A DNA stretch of 63,724 nt from Lama guanicoe (GCA_013239625.1 MU053652.1:8269303-8333026), one strand, 5' to 3'; shown: positions 36,275 to 49,144, counted from the stretch's first letter. Program-made: numbers and translations. Notes: generated from the letters alone by a model not told the origin.

Positions 36275-37374
36275 CTATAATTTCACTCCTGAAAGTATAC
36301 AATTCAGTGGCTTTTGGTATATTCACAGAATTACATAAACATCACCACTATCTCATTCCATAATATTTTCATAACCAAAAAAGAAACCCCATACTGATTA
36401 GCAGTTACTCCCCATTCTCCCTTTTTCCTAACCACTGGCAACCACTAATCTACTTTCTGTCTCTATGAACTTACCTGTCCGGGGCATTTCATACATATAT
36501 ATCTTTCCATGTATGTCCTTTTGTATCTGGCTTCTTTTATTTGGCATAATGTTTTCAATGTTTACCCATATTGTTACAGGTATCAGAATTTCATTCCTTT
36601 TTATGACTGAAGTCTATTCCATTGTATGATATACCGTATTTTGTTTATCCGTTCATCCATCATTTAATGGACAGTAGGGTTGTTTCCACTTTTCAAAAAT
36701 ATTATGAAAAATGCTGCTGTAAACATTCATGTATTAGTTTTTGTATGCAGACATGTTATGCAGACATGTTTTCATTTCTCTTGGATATATATCTAAAGGT
36801 GGAAATGCTGGGTCATATGGTAACTGTATGTTTAACTTTTTGAGGAACTTCCAGACTTTTGTGGAACTTCCGGAATTGTGGCCACACAATTGTACGTTTC
36901 TACTGACCATGTACAGGGTTCAATTTCTCTACATCCTTGCCAATACTTGTTATCTTCCATCTTTTTAAATTCTAGCCATCTAGTGGGTATGAAGCAGTCT
37001 TCCATGGTGATTTTGATTTGCATTTCTTTGGTGACTAATGATCTTGAGCATCTTTTCATGTGCACGTTGCCCATTTGTGTATTTTCTTTACAGAAATGTC
37101 TATTCAGATGTTTTGCTCATTTTAATGTGGAATTTATATAATTTGTATTATTATGTATTTTTATTACTAAGTTGTTATAGTTTTTATATATTCTAATTAC
37201 TAAATACCTATCAGATGTATGATTTGCAAATATTTTCTCCCATTCTGTGGGTTGTCTTTGCACTTTCTTAGTAGTGTCATTGGAGCACAAAAGTTTTTAA
37301 TTTTGATGAAGTTTACTTTTTCTAGGTTTATTTTGGTTACTTGTATTTTGTTGTTATATATAAAATAACCAATG

Positions 37375-37705
37375 CCAGGTAGTTGAGGGGCTGAGCAAAA
37401 TGGGTACAGGTAGTCAAAAGGTACAAAATTCCATCTATAAAATAAATAAGTCATGAGGATGTAATGTAGATCATGTTGACTATAATTAACAATATTGTAT
37501 ATTTGGAAGTTGCTAAGAGAGTAAATCTTCTGTGATGAATGTTAAAGAGACTTATTGCAGTGATCATTTCTCAACATACAGAAATATCAATTATGTTATA
37601 GACCTAAAACCAGTACAATAAGCCAATTATATCTCAATTTAAAATAAACTTAAGTTAAAGACAATAAGAACAAATTAAATAAATGAATGAATAAATAAAT
37701 AAATA
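37375..37705 (+). mobile_element. LINE-1 3' end (L1MA9-like) nested antisense in the L1MB, with A-rich/(TAAA)n tail
   Basis: GTCAAAAGGTACAAA..TCCA..TATAAAATAAATAAGTCATG.GGATGTAATGTA...AAGTTGCTAAGAGAGTA...CAATTATATCTCAAT. Confidence 0.85.
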
Positions 37706-38386
37706 AGGTCACAAAGATTTAAACCTATGTTCCTTCTAAGAGTTTTATAGTTTTAGTTCTTACATTTAGTTCTTTGATCCATTTTGTGTTAGTTTTTGTG
37801 TATAGTGTGATGCAGGGGTCCAACTTCATTTTTTTGTAAATGGATATCCAGTTGTCCCAGCACTATTTATGGCAAAGACTCTTCTTTCCCCAGTGAAGTG
37901 TCTTGGTACCCTCATCAGAGTAATTTTATTTTTACCCCAGCTTTTCCTTGTTTCTAGGTCAGTCTTGACTAGTTTGTTTCACCCAAGTTCAAAGTGCACA
38001 TTCCCAGACCAAGCACTGGCTGCTAGATAATTAGTGAAAGCATGTGACAAAGAAGTCAATCCTGAGAAAAGATTTTTTCAATATCTATGAAAATATCTTC
38101 CAGGCTGAGTGATCATATCAAGTCCTTGGGCCTATGAGAAGATGAATGATTCTGTGTAAAATCATCTTAAAGTTTCCTTTATATTATGTAGACTAGATTT
38201 CTTGAGGTTCTCTATGGCAAGAGGTTGTGCTAAAACCCATTTTTTAGGTAGCAAATCTCTTGACTGTTTGAATTGACTTTGGATAGCTTCTTTTGTATTT
38301 TTAATAGTTTATTTTTTCATTTTTAGGAGAAACATGGATTAGAAATCTCTAGATTTTTCTGAAAGTTTTGAGACTTCTACATTTTT

Positions 38387-38689
38387 TAAAAAATTATTTA
38401 CTAATTTTTAAAATTGAAGTATAGCTGATTTACAATGTTGCATTAGTTTCAGATGTACAGCAAAGTGAATCAGTTATACGTGTGTGTGTGTGTGTGTGTG
38501 TGTGTATACATATTTTCTTCTTCAGATTCTTTTCCTTTATAGTTTATTATAAGATATTGAATGTAGTTCCTTGTGCTATACAGTAGGGATGCTGTTGTTT
38601 ATCTATTTTATATATAGTAGTGTGTATATGTTAATCCTAAACTCCTGATTTATCCTTCCTCCTCCTTCTTTCCCCTCTGGTAACCATAG
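38387..38689 (-). mobile_element. LINE-1 3' end with internal (TG)n and 19-bp TSD
   Basis: TTGAAGTATAGCTGATTTACAATGTTG...CCCCTCTGGTAACCATA; flanks TTGAGACTTCTACATTTTT (38368-38386) and TTGAGACTTTTACATTTTT (38690-38708). Confidence 0.9.
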
Positions 38690-39009
38690 TTGAGACTTTT
38701 ACATTTTTGAAAGGGAAAATTTTAACGTATGTTCTGAAAAGAAATTCTTTGAATATAATGCAAGCCTGGGAATATAGAATGGAAGAGCTGGAGGAGATGT
38801 AAGATCATATAATATAAATATTTGATATTTTTAAAGGGAGAATAATGAAGGTGAATTTATTTATCTAGAGGTTATCCATGGAGAATTAGTTAGGCAATGA
38901 GGAGAGATGGTAGGAGGCTATACCCAATGTCTTGAAAGAGTTGAAAAATGGAAGGAACTTTCAAACTTGTAGTAACTGTATACAGCTAGAGCTTAGTATA
39001 AGGCTCTAA

Positions 39010-39535
39010 GTAGAATGAAAATCAGATGCAGAGGCATGAAAGTATAAGAAAATATGGGCTTGGGGCGGGAAGAGACTGTAGATAATTTATTGGGGAACTG
39101 CTTTACAGAAAAATATCAAATGTAAAGCAGGGCAGTGAAGAAGAATAAGGCTGAGAATACAGACTGGAATTATATTCCATAGGACCTTTCAAATTATGTA
39201 TGGATATTGGACTTTCTTTTTTCCATAGTAGAGAGCCATTGATATGTCCAAACAGGAAAAACATGTGGTCAGATTCATTTGGGCAGAAAGATCTCTCTAG
39301 TGGCATTGTGGAGGATGTATCATTGAAGAAGATGTCAGGAATGGAGACAGACTAGTTAGGAGGCTAGTGATAGTCAAGGATGGTGAGAGCCTAAACAAAA
39401 AGCAGTGGTCATGGAGATGAGGGAGGGAGAGATTTGAGAGCATTGCAAAGGTAAAGTGAAGAGGCCTCAATGATGGAGGAAATGAGGGGTGGGAATGAGA
39501 AGAAAACGTCAATATCATGTTCAGATCTCTGGTTG
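39010..39535 (-). mobile_element. LINE-2 fragment
   Basis: TTGGACTTT...GAGAGCCATTGA...GGTCAGATT...GAAAGATCTCTCT...AGACTAGTTAGGAGGCTA...GATTTGAGAG. Confidence 0.75.
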
Positions 39536-39566
39536 ATAGGGGCCAGGAGCCTTCTCAGTACCATGA

Positions 39567-39678
39567 CAGAGTGACCACACAGTCTAGTTTGCCTGGAACT
39601 CTCCTAACTTTTGTACCAAAAGCTTCATGTCCCAGAAGACACTCAGTCCTGGGAAAGCTGATACAATTTGTCACCCTA
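39567..39678. mobile_element. MER81 hAT-Blackjack MITE
   Basis: Terminal inverted repeats CAGAGTGACCA ... TTGTCACCCTA; internal GTTTGCCTGG.ACT...TGTCCCAG...CTCAGTCCTGGG. Confidence 0.8.
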
Positions 39679-40061
39679 AGTATGAGCCTGATATTTTGGC
39701 CCCTGAAGTTACAACCACCACCACCAAGCAGCTTCATGGCCACTAAGTTACCATTCCCCCAATTTCTGTTTTACAAAATAACGTATTTGCATTCTGCTCG
39801 CAGTTCCTGATCTGAGAACAAATTACTCACCTGGGCAGGATGGTTGCCTTGACCCAAGTGCAGTTGGCCAGGGTCTATGTAGACCCCCACTTCCAGTGAC
39901 TGCACCCTGTTCTCCATGTGCTGTCCAGAAATAGTAAACATCAGGCTACTCAAAAGTGACTCCAGCCCCTCTGTCTTTAGATAGCCTCACTTTTGGAGCA
40001 CTGTGCTCTATGCCTTCCACTAGTTGACTTATGGTGTCCATACAAAGCCAGAAGCAGTGAT

Positions 40062-40228
40062 GACTTGGGGGAAAAGAACACCAGCTTCGAAATCAAACAG
40101 ATCTGGGTGTGGACTTCATATGAGTGACCTCAAGCAAGTTACTTAACCTGTTGAAGCCTCATCTGTAAAAACAAGATTATTGTTGGAAATCAAGAGTATG
40201 ACAAATACAAAATACTAGCTATCAGCAG
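40062..40228 (+). mobile_element. MIR SINE
   Basis: GTGACCTCAAGCAAGTTACTTAACCT...CCTCATCTGTAAAA. Confidence 0.8.
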
Positions 40229-40539
40229 TTTGATTTTTCTTTCCTTGGGTCTTTATAGCTTCAGATAATGCCTCCTTCCCCTGAGGGGAGAGTATGAGGG
40301 CCATGTAGTCCCTGAGCCATGGTACTTCCCAGTCCAGGTTCTCAATTTCCTCAGCGGCCTCTGCCAAGGTCCCTGAGTGGCTGATGCTAAGTCTGCCCAG
40401 GAGATGACATCCCTATAGGAGGAGAATGACAAAAGAGTGGCCTGGAGGAAACATGCTAGTGGTTTCCAGTACTACTAGGTTTACACTAACTCCACATGTA
40501 GTTTCCTGGGCATCTGTTTATAAAGTCACACATATGTAT

Positions 40540-41860
40540 TTGCATATATTTAATATGGATAACATGTCTTTTCTAGAAAATATGAATATTTCTCATTTTT
40601 AGATAATGGATAATCTGTCTTTCTTTGGAGAAATCAATGACACAATAAGTATAATAACTAACACTTCTTATCCAGGCAAGTGCGTATTTCAGTGTATAGA
40701 AGAAGAATTGGTTAGGGAAGTTGAAAGTAACTTACGCCTTAGGAAAAACTGTTGATGTGCTTTTTGGCATTTATGCTAACCAAGGAGTGGAAAGGTAGAC
40801 ATAATTGTATGTGTAACCTAAATTTCTGGGAAGGTTGATTTCAAAAATTGTATAGGAAATGTGAATTTGTGCTCAAAGATAGGAAAATGACATCCTGATT
40901 GTCAACAAGGCAAAAGTCATTGCTATTAACTGTTCATCAGGGAGTGAAAAGTAGTCTTGGGCCAAATTCTAGAGTGGGACTGCTAAAGGGAGACAATTCA
41001 GTAGACCTGAGTTAATAATAGTATCCAAAAGCTGCTTTCTAATGGAAGAGTATCAACTTGGAAGAAGGCATTTGGAGAAGGGAATCTATTGAATACATTA
41101 TCAATGATTTTGAATTAAAATGTGAGGACATCATTATTAACTATGTGTTTAGCCTGCATGTGATGAACAACAGAAATCATAGCACTTTAAAGCATGTGTA
41201 AAAATCTAACAAGATGGAAATTAGTAGGGAAAATTTGCCGTATTTATTAAAATGACAGGATAGAGATTACTTAGCTATAGCACACAGAAAAATATTTTCA
41301 AAGTTTATTGGGTAGTAAACTCAAAATGTTTCAGTAATATAATGGGGCAAATGCAGCCTGCATTGTTGTAAGAACCACATCTAGAACCAGGGAGGTGTTG
41401 GTCCAGTTCTGCTCCTGTCTGCCCAGCAGCATGTGCAATAGAGTATTGAACTCAGGCACCAGCCAGGGAGACAGAAAAGGAGTCCATGTTCTTAATTTGA
41501 GACGAGTGCCCAAGATAGTGAAGAGAATTAACATTTGAGACATGAGATATAGTTGAAGCAAATAGTTAGGGAAAGACTTCAAATATATAAAGGCTATCAC
41601 TTGATTTCCCCCTCACCCCATGGTCCCCAAAAGCAGAATTATAGCAGAGCTGAAAGCTACAGAAAGACAGATTTTGGCTCAATGTGGAAAAATGTCTAAC
41701 AGAAAAGAGAGGGGATATTTAAATATGGAGGGAGGGACAAGTCATCCATCATGCGATATACATTCAAGAACATGCTGGGAAAGAATGGGCTTTTGGGCAC
41801 TGATATTTCCTGGGGGTGCCTAGAACAATTTTCTGAATCAGAGATGCTCTGATTCTCTAA
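40540..41860 (+). mobile_element. Ancient CR1/L3 LINE, decayed ORF2 through the 3' end
   Basis: GAAGAATTGGTTAGGGAAGTTGAAAGT...AACCTAAATTTCTGGGAAG..TGATTTCAAAAA (endonuclease end); TCTAGAACCAGGGAGGTG; CTTCAAATATATAAAGGCTATCA; GACAGATTTTGGCTCAAT; GATTCT-type tail. Confidence 0.7.
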
Positions 41861-43919
41861 AAGTAGAGACAACCACATTAGGTCAAGACTCATGCTGTGA
41901 GAATTTATAATTAGTTATTTTAGGGACTATGAGAATAGAGATTGTTATGAAAGACAAGAGAGCACTCAGAATTAACTGTCCTCCCATAGCACTTGTCTTA
42001 CGCTCTACTGAGCCACCAGCTCCTGGTTGTGTGCACACTATCTTCCCAGTTGAAGAAGGCACAGTCTCTTATTCACATCAGTGCACTCACTACACGAGTC
42101 CATTTTATTGGTTCCTTTCTTTTAAAACCTCCCAGAATTCAAACTATTCCTCACCCCTGTCATTGTATATCATATCTACCCAGGCCAAAGATGTAAATCA
42201 ATCTTGTGGTCTATCAATTAATGTGGTTTAACTATACAATCATACAAATGTAGAAGAAAATGTTCTGAAAATATACCTCTGTGAGTCTATGGTAAAGAAA
42301 ATGGACAAGAATGAAAGCATAAATAACTTGCCAGAATAAATGTTGGGATATTTCTTCATAAGGTTGCTAGTAACCACAAGGCACACATTTCCTTCCCTTA
42401 AGAGTGAGTTTACTCTATGAGTAACCATTTTGAACCGAAAGCCACCAAATCCAAATGGTAATAAAAGGCCAAGTCGCCAAGAAAAGCAGTGATGCTGTAG
42501 CTATGCCAACAGAAAATTACTGCAAGAGGGCACCCTGGCTAACTTCCTGTAGTCATGTTAATGGCATATTGTGAAATATTCTACGCTTATGGAAAAATTT
42601 ATTTCCAAGGAAGATGTGTTAGCCTGGCGGCTGGATTGTGTCAACACCGCTTACTACACTTAAAATAAAATCACCATCAGGAACTTTATTTTTTCATTGT
42701 CATCAAGGGCAGGAGATGTACCAGGCTCAAATGGACAACAGTTTTGGTGGCAAAAATGGTGGGAGAAATACTAATTTTTTTTTTCTGGGAGAGAAAAATG
42801 GACACATTTGGCTATGAGCAACAGTGAATTCATAGCAGCACTGAGATTACCAGGGCAAAACTTTTACCTCTGTGGCTTCTTTAAACAGGTCTCTCTAGCT
42901 ATACCCCAAAGCAGTTCCTGACTGCCTAGTTTGAACTATATGGAATGCTACTGACGTCCGAGGAGGGGACCCTCAGGTCAGCTGGGCTGGTATGGTAGCT
43001 GTATGTAATTTATTTCATGGATCCTCAGCTTCCATTCTGAGGAGTCCTAGTGCCACAGCAATCCTCTTAGAGCACCTCGAACTCTGGTCTCCTTTCCCAC
43101 CCAGGTACTCATTATTTATGCTACATCCAGGAGTCCTGGCTCACTTCTGAATACCCTAAAAGGTCTCACGAAGGTCCCCATGCTGTCTCATGTGTGAAGG
43201 CTGCTGCAGTACGATTATTACAGAAGGTGACCGGGCAGGGAAATGAGGGACAAGCAGGGAGCAGGAGTAAAGAGAGATCTAGACATTTTGGGGCAGCTTT
43301 ATTCAGTTTCCTTTTCTAACAATATGCTGCTTATTAGAGCATGTCCTTTCTCCTTTCTTCTTCCCAACATCCCCCTCTTTCTTCTTCCATCCCTGGATTT
43401 TCCCCTTTTATCCCTCAGGGTGCCCAAGATAAAGACATGGTCAGGGAAAAACGTTCCTCGCACCCAGGTGGAGGGTGTGACCGGTTGTGTCTGGACAGGA
43501 GTGCTCAGCTGTTCAGGCAGCTGCTGTTTTTTGCCAAAAATAGATCCTCCTCTTTTGGAATTTGCTTTGCTTCTCGGTTCATGGGAGTTCAGGTCATCAC
43601 CTTGTAGGCCATGGTTCAGTCTTCATCTGTTCAGTCAGTCATTTACTTCATGGTATTGGAGGAATGATTATTGAAGTTGTGGTTAATAATGAATGATACC
43701 AATTTAGGTGTCTAGAGGGTTGTGCATGAGCCAGGAGTCTCTAGGGTAGATTATCCATCCCGAGGTAATACCTTTATCCTTTATTTTAGGCAATGAAAAT
43801 AAAAACTGATACAGTTAATTGATGTGGGCCTGGAAATTTCACTACAATATTCTTACATTTCACTTTCATCAAGGGAATTCATCATCTTAAGGAATAGAAA
43901 AGTTGAACGTGAAGAAATT

Positions 43920-44290
43920 GAAAATATTAAAAAGTGGTGAAGGGAATGACTGCTAGATGCCAGTTAGGAGGGGAAAAATGATCTTAGTTTTCAGAGTATC
44001 TAAAAAGGTTTTAGGGCATAGCTCACACATGGAGCTCAGAGAGTAAACAATTTACGATGCAGTATCTGGAAATGATAGAATTTATGAAGGTAACCAGAAT
44101 ATATAAAAAGGGATGGACCATGAGTGAGATTCAGAATTAAGGATTAGTTGAGGCTTAGAAATAAATGACTGTGAAGAGAAAATCTGACTTACATCCTGAC
44201 TCGACAATCTCAACAACAGCAATCAGCTAAAACTGGACTGCACTTTGAGCTCCACACATTCTAACGGTGAAAATTGGAACACACAATTGA
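43920..44290 (+). mobile_element. Possible second CR1/L3 fragment
   Basis: AACTGGACTGCACTTTGAGCTCCACACATT...AAATTGGAAC resembles a CR1 ORF2 3' motif; very degraded. Confidence 0.3.
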
Positions 44291-44688
44291 AGTGAAGTCA
44301 GTCTTTTATATACAAATGTTTATAATGCCTGCTTTCACCAACAGGAAAGGCTTTTGACTTTTTTTTTCCTAGTCAAAGTGTACACTGAGCATACACACTT
44401 TCTCATCTAAGTATTTATATATATATTTGCAATGGAGCAAATATTCCCCCATTGAGCAAGTCATATCTCTTTGAAGTCCTGAATGCTTTATTGAAGAACT
44501 GCTCCTGTAAACCACACTATATAAACAGTGAGGCTAATTGGTTCCCATTTATCTACATTTATAGGTAAATCCAGAGAAAATTTTCACCGAGTATTCACCT
44601 GTCACTTTGCTAGGGACATAGGGAAGGAAATTAATGTCCCCTGTACTCAGACAGTTAGCAAGTTTATTGAGGATTTAAGATTTATGTG

Positions 44689-45071
44689 CATTATATCACC
44701 CATGTATGGGATCAAAATAAAAAAGAAAGAAAGAGGACATTTATGAGCTCATCTGCAAAACAGAAACAGACTCACAGACATAGTAAATAATCTTATGGTT
44801 GCCAGGGGAAACGGGGTGGGAAGGGATAAATTTGGGAGTTTGAGATTTGCAAATGTTAACCACTATATATAAAAATAGATGAAAAACAAATTTCTTTTGT
44901 ATTGCCCAGGGAAGTATATTCAATATCTTGTAACAACCTTTAATGAAAAAGAATATGAAATGAATATATGTGTGTATATATATATACACACACACACACA
45001 CGGCTGGGACATTATGCTGTGCACTGGAAATTGACACACTGCAACTGACCGTAAACTTCAATTAAAAGAAA
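44689..45071 (+). mobile_element. Lineage-specific LINE-1 3' end
   Basis: ATCTGCAAAACAGAAACAGACTCACAGACATAG...GGGATAAATTTGGGAGTTTGAGATTTGCA...GAAATTGACACACTGCAACTGAC..TAAACTTCAATTAAAA. Confidence 0.9.
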
Positions 45072-45129
45072 TAGTAATTAATGTAAATCTGTCTACTCAC
45101 AGGCCAGAATGCATCTTACAGATACTGTG

Positions 45130-45290
45130 TCAATGGGTCTCAAATCTTAGTGTGCACAAGAACTTCGTAGGGATCCAACTACACGTGAAGACACATTTTG
45201 ACCCAGTAGGGCAGGGAATCTGCACTTTTGTGGAGCTCTCAAGACTATTTGGATACGGTTGGCCCAGGAGCTTCCCCTGTGGAAAGCCAG
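45130..45290. mobile_element. MER5A-like MITE
   Basis: CAATGGGTCTCAAA.CTTAGTGTGCA...CAGTAGG...GGAATCTGCACTTT. Confidence 0.6.
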
Positions 45291-45814
45291 GAATCATCAG
45301 TTTGGATTTATAGGAAGCAGCAGATTTGAGATGAGTCTACGAGTTCAAACTTTGAGGATGGATGGGGTTTAAAGACAGAGAAAGGAAGCATGTTCTTGGA
45401 ATAGGGAGAGACTTGAAGAAGAGCACAGAGTTGAGAGTTAATGTGGCATAAGGAAGGGGTGGCCAGAAAACAAGCCTGAGAGAAGTGTGTGGCATGGTAT
45501 GAAAGCTGGTTTCTGCTCCCCTCATGTTGACTGTCTATACAACTTCAGCACCAAACTTCTTCATGAAAATAATCAGAATATAAAGAAGGAATCTTTCTTT
45601 CTCTTTATGCCCGAACCTGATTTTCACGTAAGTTGTGTCCCATCATAAGGCTTGATGGACATTAACGTAAACAAGCCCTAGAGCTACAATCCGTCCCTCA
45701 GCCAGCCAAACCACGTGCCGATATACAAATGCTGGATTCGATGATTTAGTGTTTAGTGGCCAGTTAACAGTCAGCATGGTAGGCACATGACATATTACCC
45801 CCAAAAATTGCCTT

Positions 45815-46023
45815 AGGTACGAGAAAGAACTGGATTTAAATCATTGTTATACCACTTAGTACCTGTTGTGTTTTACATGGCCTCTTTGAATTTTAGTTTC
45901 AAAATCTGTACGAGAGAAATAGTTATAAAAATACACACAATACCAACAATGTGCATTGGGTTTTGAAGGTTAAATGAGATGGTAAACTTTCTGGAACATA
46001 GTATATAACTGTGAATGAATGAA
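45815..46023 (+). mobile_element. MIR SINE
   Basis: CTGGATTTAAATC...CCACTTA...CCTCTTTGAA.TTTAGTTTC..AATCTGTA...GGTTAAATGAGAT. Confidence 0.65.
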
Positions 46024-46891
46024 CAATATTTGTAATATTCTTATATTTGTAGAGAAGATGTTTTAAATGGACTAATCTTTGATTACACAATGGTGTGATT
46101 CATTTTAGGTCAGATAGATAAAACAATACATTTGTGATGTAGTAAGAGAGATTTATGTTTTTCTGTACCAAGAAGAGGTGAAACCTCATGACTGTGGAAC
46201 TGGTTAGCAATGTGATGTGATTTGAAAGACACCTTAAGATATGTTTCCAAGGGGCCCATAGTCTCCCATTAGCGTTTCATTTCCTGCTGACTCTTCCAGA
46301 GGTAGGTAGACCGCTCATATTAGTCATTCGTGTTTAGTGTGAATTGTTCTATCAGATCTTTTCTCTCTATGATAATGGAGAGAAGACCCTTAGGAACAGA
46401 AGATTGGCTGGACATAAAGAAAAGTAGAACGATTTTTTAGTAAGGGGCCACCACAGAAGATGGAGCTGGCTAGAACCTCGGTTTATAGGAGGGTCCTGCA
46501 AAACTTTGTCCGGTGAGAAAGGGGCACCAGAATAGAGAAAACAGGGCACAGAAAGGAGGCCCTGACAGATGTCAAGTGTTTTTCCTTTAGCCTCTGTCTG
46601 GTTTGAGTGCCACTAGTCCCTGTATGCATAGGCACTCACTTCCATTAAATGTCCCATCAATGCCTTTTCATTTTTGGTGTCATTTCACAGAGTAAAATTT
46701 AAGATGAGGAAAGTGAAGTTCAAATGGTCTCACCAGGTGGCCCAGGAAATTTCAGAACAGAAATGGTTTCTTGAAAAAAATCTCAAAAAAAAAGCATGCA
46801 ATTAAATGTACAGGGTGTTATATATTGAAAAAAATGTATCAAAATTGCTTTAAGTAACTCTGTTCCTTTAATGTGTTTTTTAACACTATTA

Positions 46892-46919
46892 TTATTACTG
46901 CTCATTTATTACTGCTCAC
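46892..46919. repeat. 14-bp tandem duplication (TTATTACTGCTCAY x2)
   Basis: Direct read. Confidence 0.8.
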
Positions 46920-49144
46920 TATTTATTGCTACTATTTATAATTACCCACTTTTTTTTTCACCTGAGAAATTCAAGATGTGATGTGCCTTTCTGGTTTGGA
47001 GACTTTTTTTCTTCTGTGTACTATGGTGATTTTCCTGAATCACTATATATATTTAGAAATTTAGACTTTTACAGGGAAAAAAATGCTTTCTCACCCACAT
47101 TAACAGTACAGTGAGATGAGTGTTGGTGAAATTATCTTCCTTGATGGGAAAAGAGAACAGAGTTACATTAGTGAGGAATTAGAAATAAGGTCTGAATGCT
47201 AACCATAGATTACATAAAAGTAAGGTTATTTGTGCCAAGAGACATTGACTATAAATTATAGAAGGGAATGTGTTTTGTTTATACCTAGGGCTGGGTGCAA
47301 AGTAATTGTTTAGTTGATGTCTTTTGGATGATTAATTTACAACACAACGAGAAACAAACCACCCAGTCCCTAGCCCTGAGGCATTTCAAAACAGATCCTT
47401 GATATCACTGTCAGAACATCTCCCATCTATACACATACACACGCAGCCCCTCGTACATGGCTCTAATGACTTATCTCTGTGCAGGTTCCCTCATAGTTAA
47501 CTCATCAGTCTAGTCAGTATCAGAGCAATACTATCAACTCAGTCTTTTGGCTTCCTATTGAAAGAGGTCACAAAGTCCAAGAAATACACAGAACTTTGCT
47601 TCCAAACAGTGAAGAAGTCATTGTACAACCAAGTGTGGTATTGGGGGTACTCACTATCAGAAGCAGGTATTTATCTTTTGAATGAGAGCAGAGAATTCCT
47701 GAACGAGAGAGGTCCGGAGCCCTCCTCTGAGCCGAACCCCAGGTGGGCAGTGAGACAGCTGCCTTAATACATTATCTAAGAAGCCCTAGAAAAACCCATC
47801 TGCACCCAAAACTTGCCCTTTCACACTGGAATTCCCGCTACTGGGGCTGCTATTTCAATTCACACTCTGAAAATGGGCTTCACTGGACAGGACACTGGAG
47901 TGACCCAGTAAAGACTTGCTCAAGGCACCACCCAAGTGTGGAGCCTCAAAGTCAGGGGCCATCAAAACGGGCAGAGGGTCCTCATTGCGGGCAGACTCAA
48001 GCCACTTCACAGTTCTGCCTTCTCCTAGGCTTGGCTGGTCTATATTCCAGTTAATGTGAACAAAGGAAATAAGGAGAGTTTGGCCTTTCAAAAACCGTAC
48101 CTGTAAATGGTCTTTGGTTTCTTGAAAACACTCTTGGGCTTATCTCTCCATGTTAATTGTGACAGTAAAACAATAAAAATCAAGATTTAATTTTAACTCA
48201 TGTTGGTCAGTCTGGGGCAGTAAATGAAGATGATGAGCTGGAGAAATATTAATCCAGGTTGGTTATTTAACATCTGCCTTATTTTGAGGAGAACACTATT
48301 GAAGGCACCTGCTCGGGACAATGAAATTCTTCAGTTATATTCTAGTTTATCGCCAGCTTCTCCTTGTGGTTTTCAGTCTGTTGATCCTATTGCCATTGCC
48401 AATCGTCCTCCACACCAAGGTAAGCGAACCCAGAGAATAGGCTGGTGGATTTTCTGATTTATCTAATTGTCATTTATTGTTGCTATGTAATTGGCTCAGA
48501 GCTGAATGGATGGTGACACTTTGGGCTTGAAATCAGGATGGTTATACATTGTGTTTTGTCCATTTTTCTCCTTTTTAATGACTAATGTTGTAGATTCTCA
48601 GTATGGTTAACTAGCATAATTAAATAGTATATTCAAGCAGAATTATTCTCTGCCTAGTAACCAAGTGAGAGGAAGAACAAAAAAAAGCACAGCTCTTGAG
48701 ATCTTGTTGTCCTGGTTATCCGTCTCCAGGGAGCATCCTGGGTTAACACAGTCCCTTTCCCTGAGATTAGGCAGCACTGTGACATTGGGGGAAAGAGCTA
48801 GAACAACTGGTGTAGCACAGACTAATTTACTTGTCAGCTTCATGGCTTGGTGTAAGCCTTGGAACTTCTGGAAATTTAGTTTCCTCATGGGATAAGAAGA
48901 CATTGAAAACATGAAGTAATTTTCTTGGTTAATCAGAAAATCTATTAAATTATTGTACATATTCTAATTCTTTGAGATTTTATTTTGGTGTACTTGTAGG
49001 GATTTTTCTGTTTGCTTTTACCTGTGGTCAGTCTAGTAAGTCCAGAACAATAAACCCAATGCATTTTTAATACTTTGGTAAAATGATTTGTATCAGCAAA
49101 TATTTAATGAACATCTTCCCTATGCCAGGCACGACAGGTGTCTC

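Larger units (their letters stand above)
35684..37916 (-). mobile_element. Old eutherian LINE-1 (L1MB-like) 3' UTR and ORF2 end, interrupted by two younger L1s
   Basis: AATTGAGATATAATTCACAT...AAAGTATACAATTCAGTGG...CTGGCAACCACTAATCTACTTTCTGTCTCTATG...GAGCATCTTTTCATGTGC...GGATATCCAGTTGTCCCAGCAC. Confidence 0.9.

Noticed and set aside
36832..37074. ORF with HMKRCSRSLV..EMQIK motif
   Set aside because: Decayed L1 ORF2 C-terminal region, not a host gene
43243..43674. 143-aa + ORF
   Set aside because: No recognisable domain, low-complexity L/P/F composition, no convincing exon boundaries
46730..46743. CTCF-like TCACCAGGTGGCCC
   Set aside because: Two mismatches, in MIR-like sequence; expected by chance
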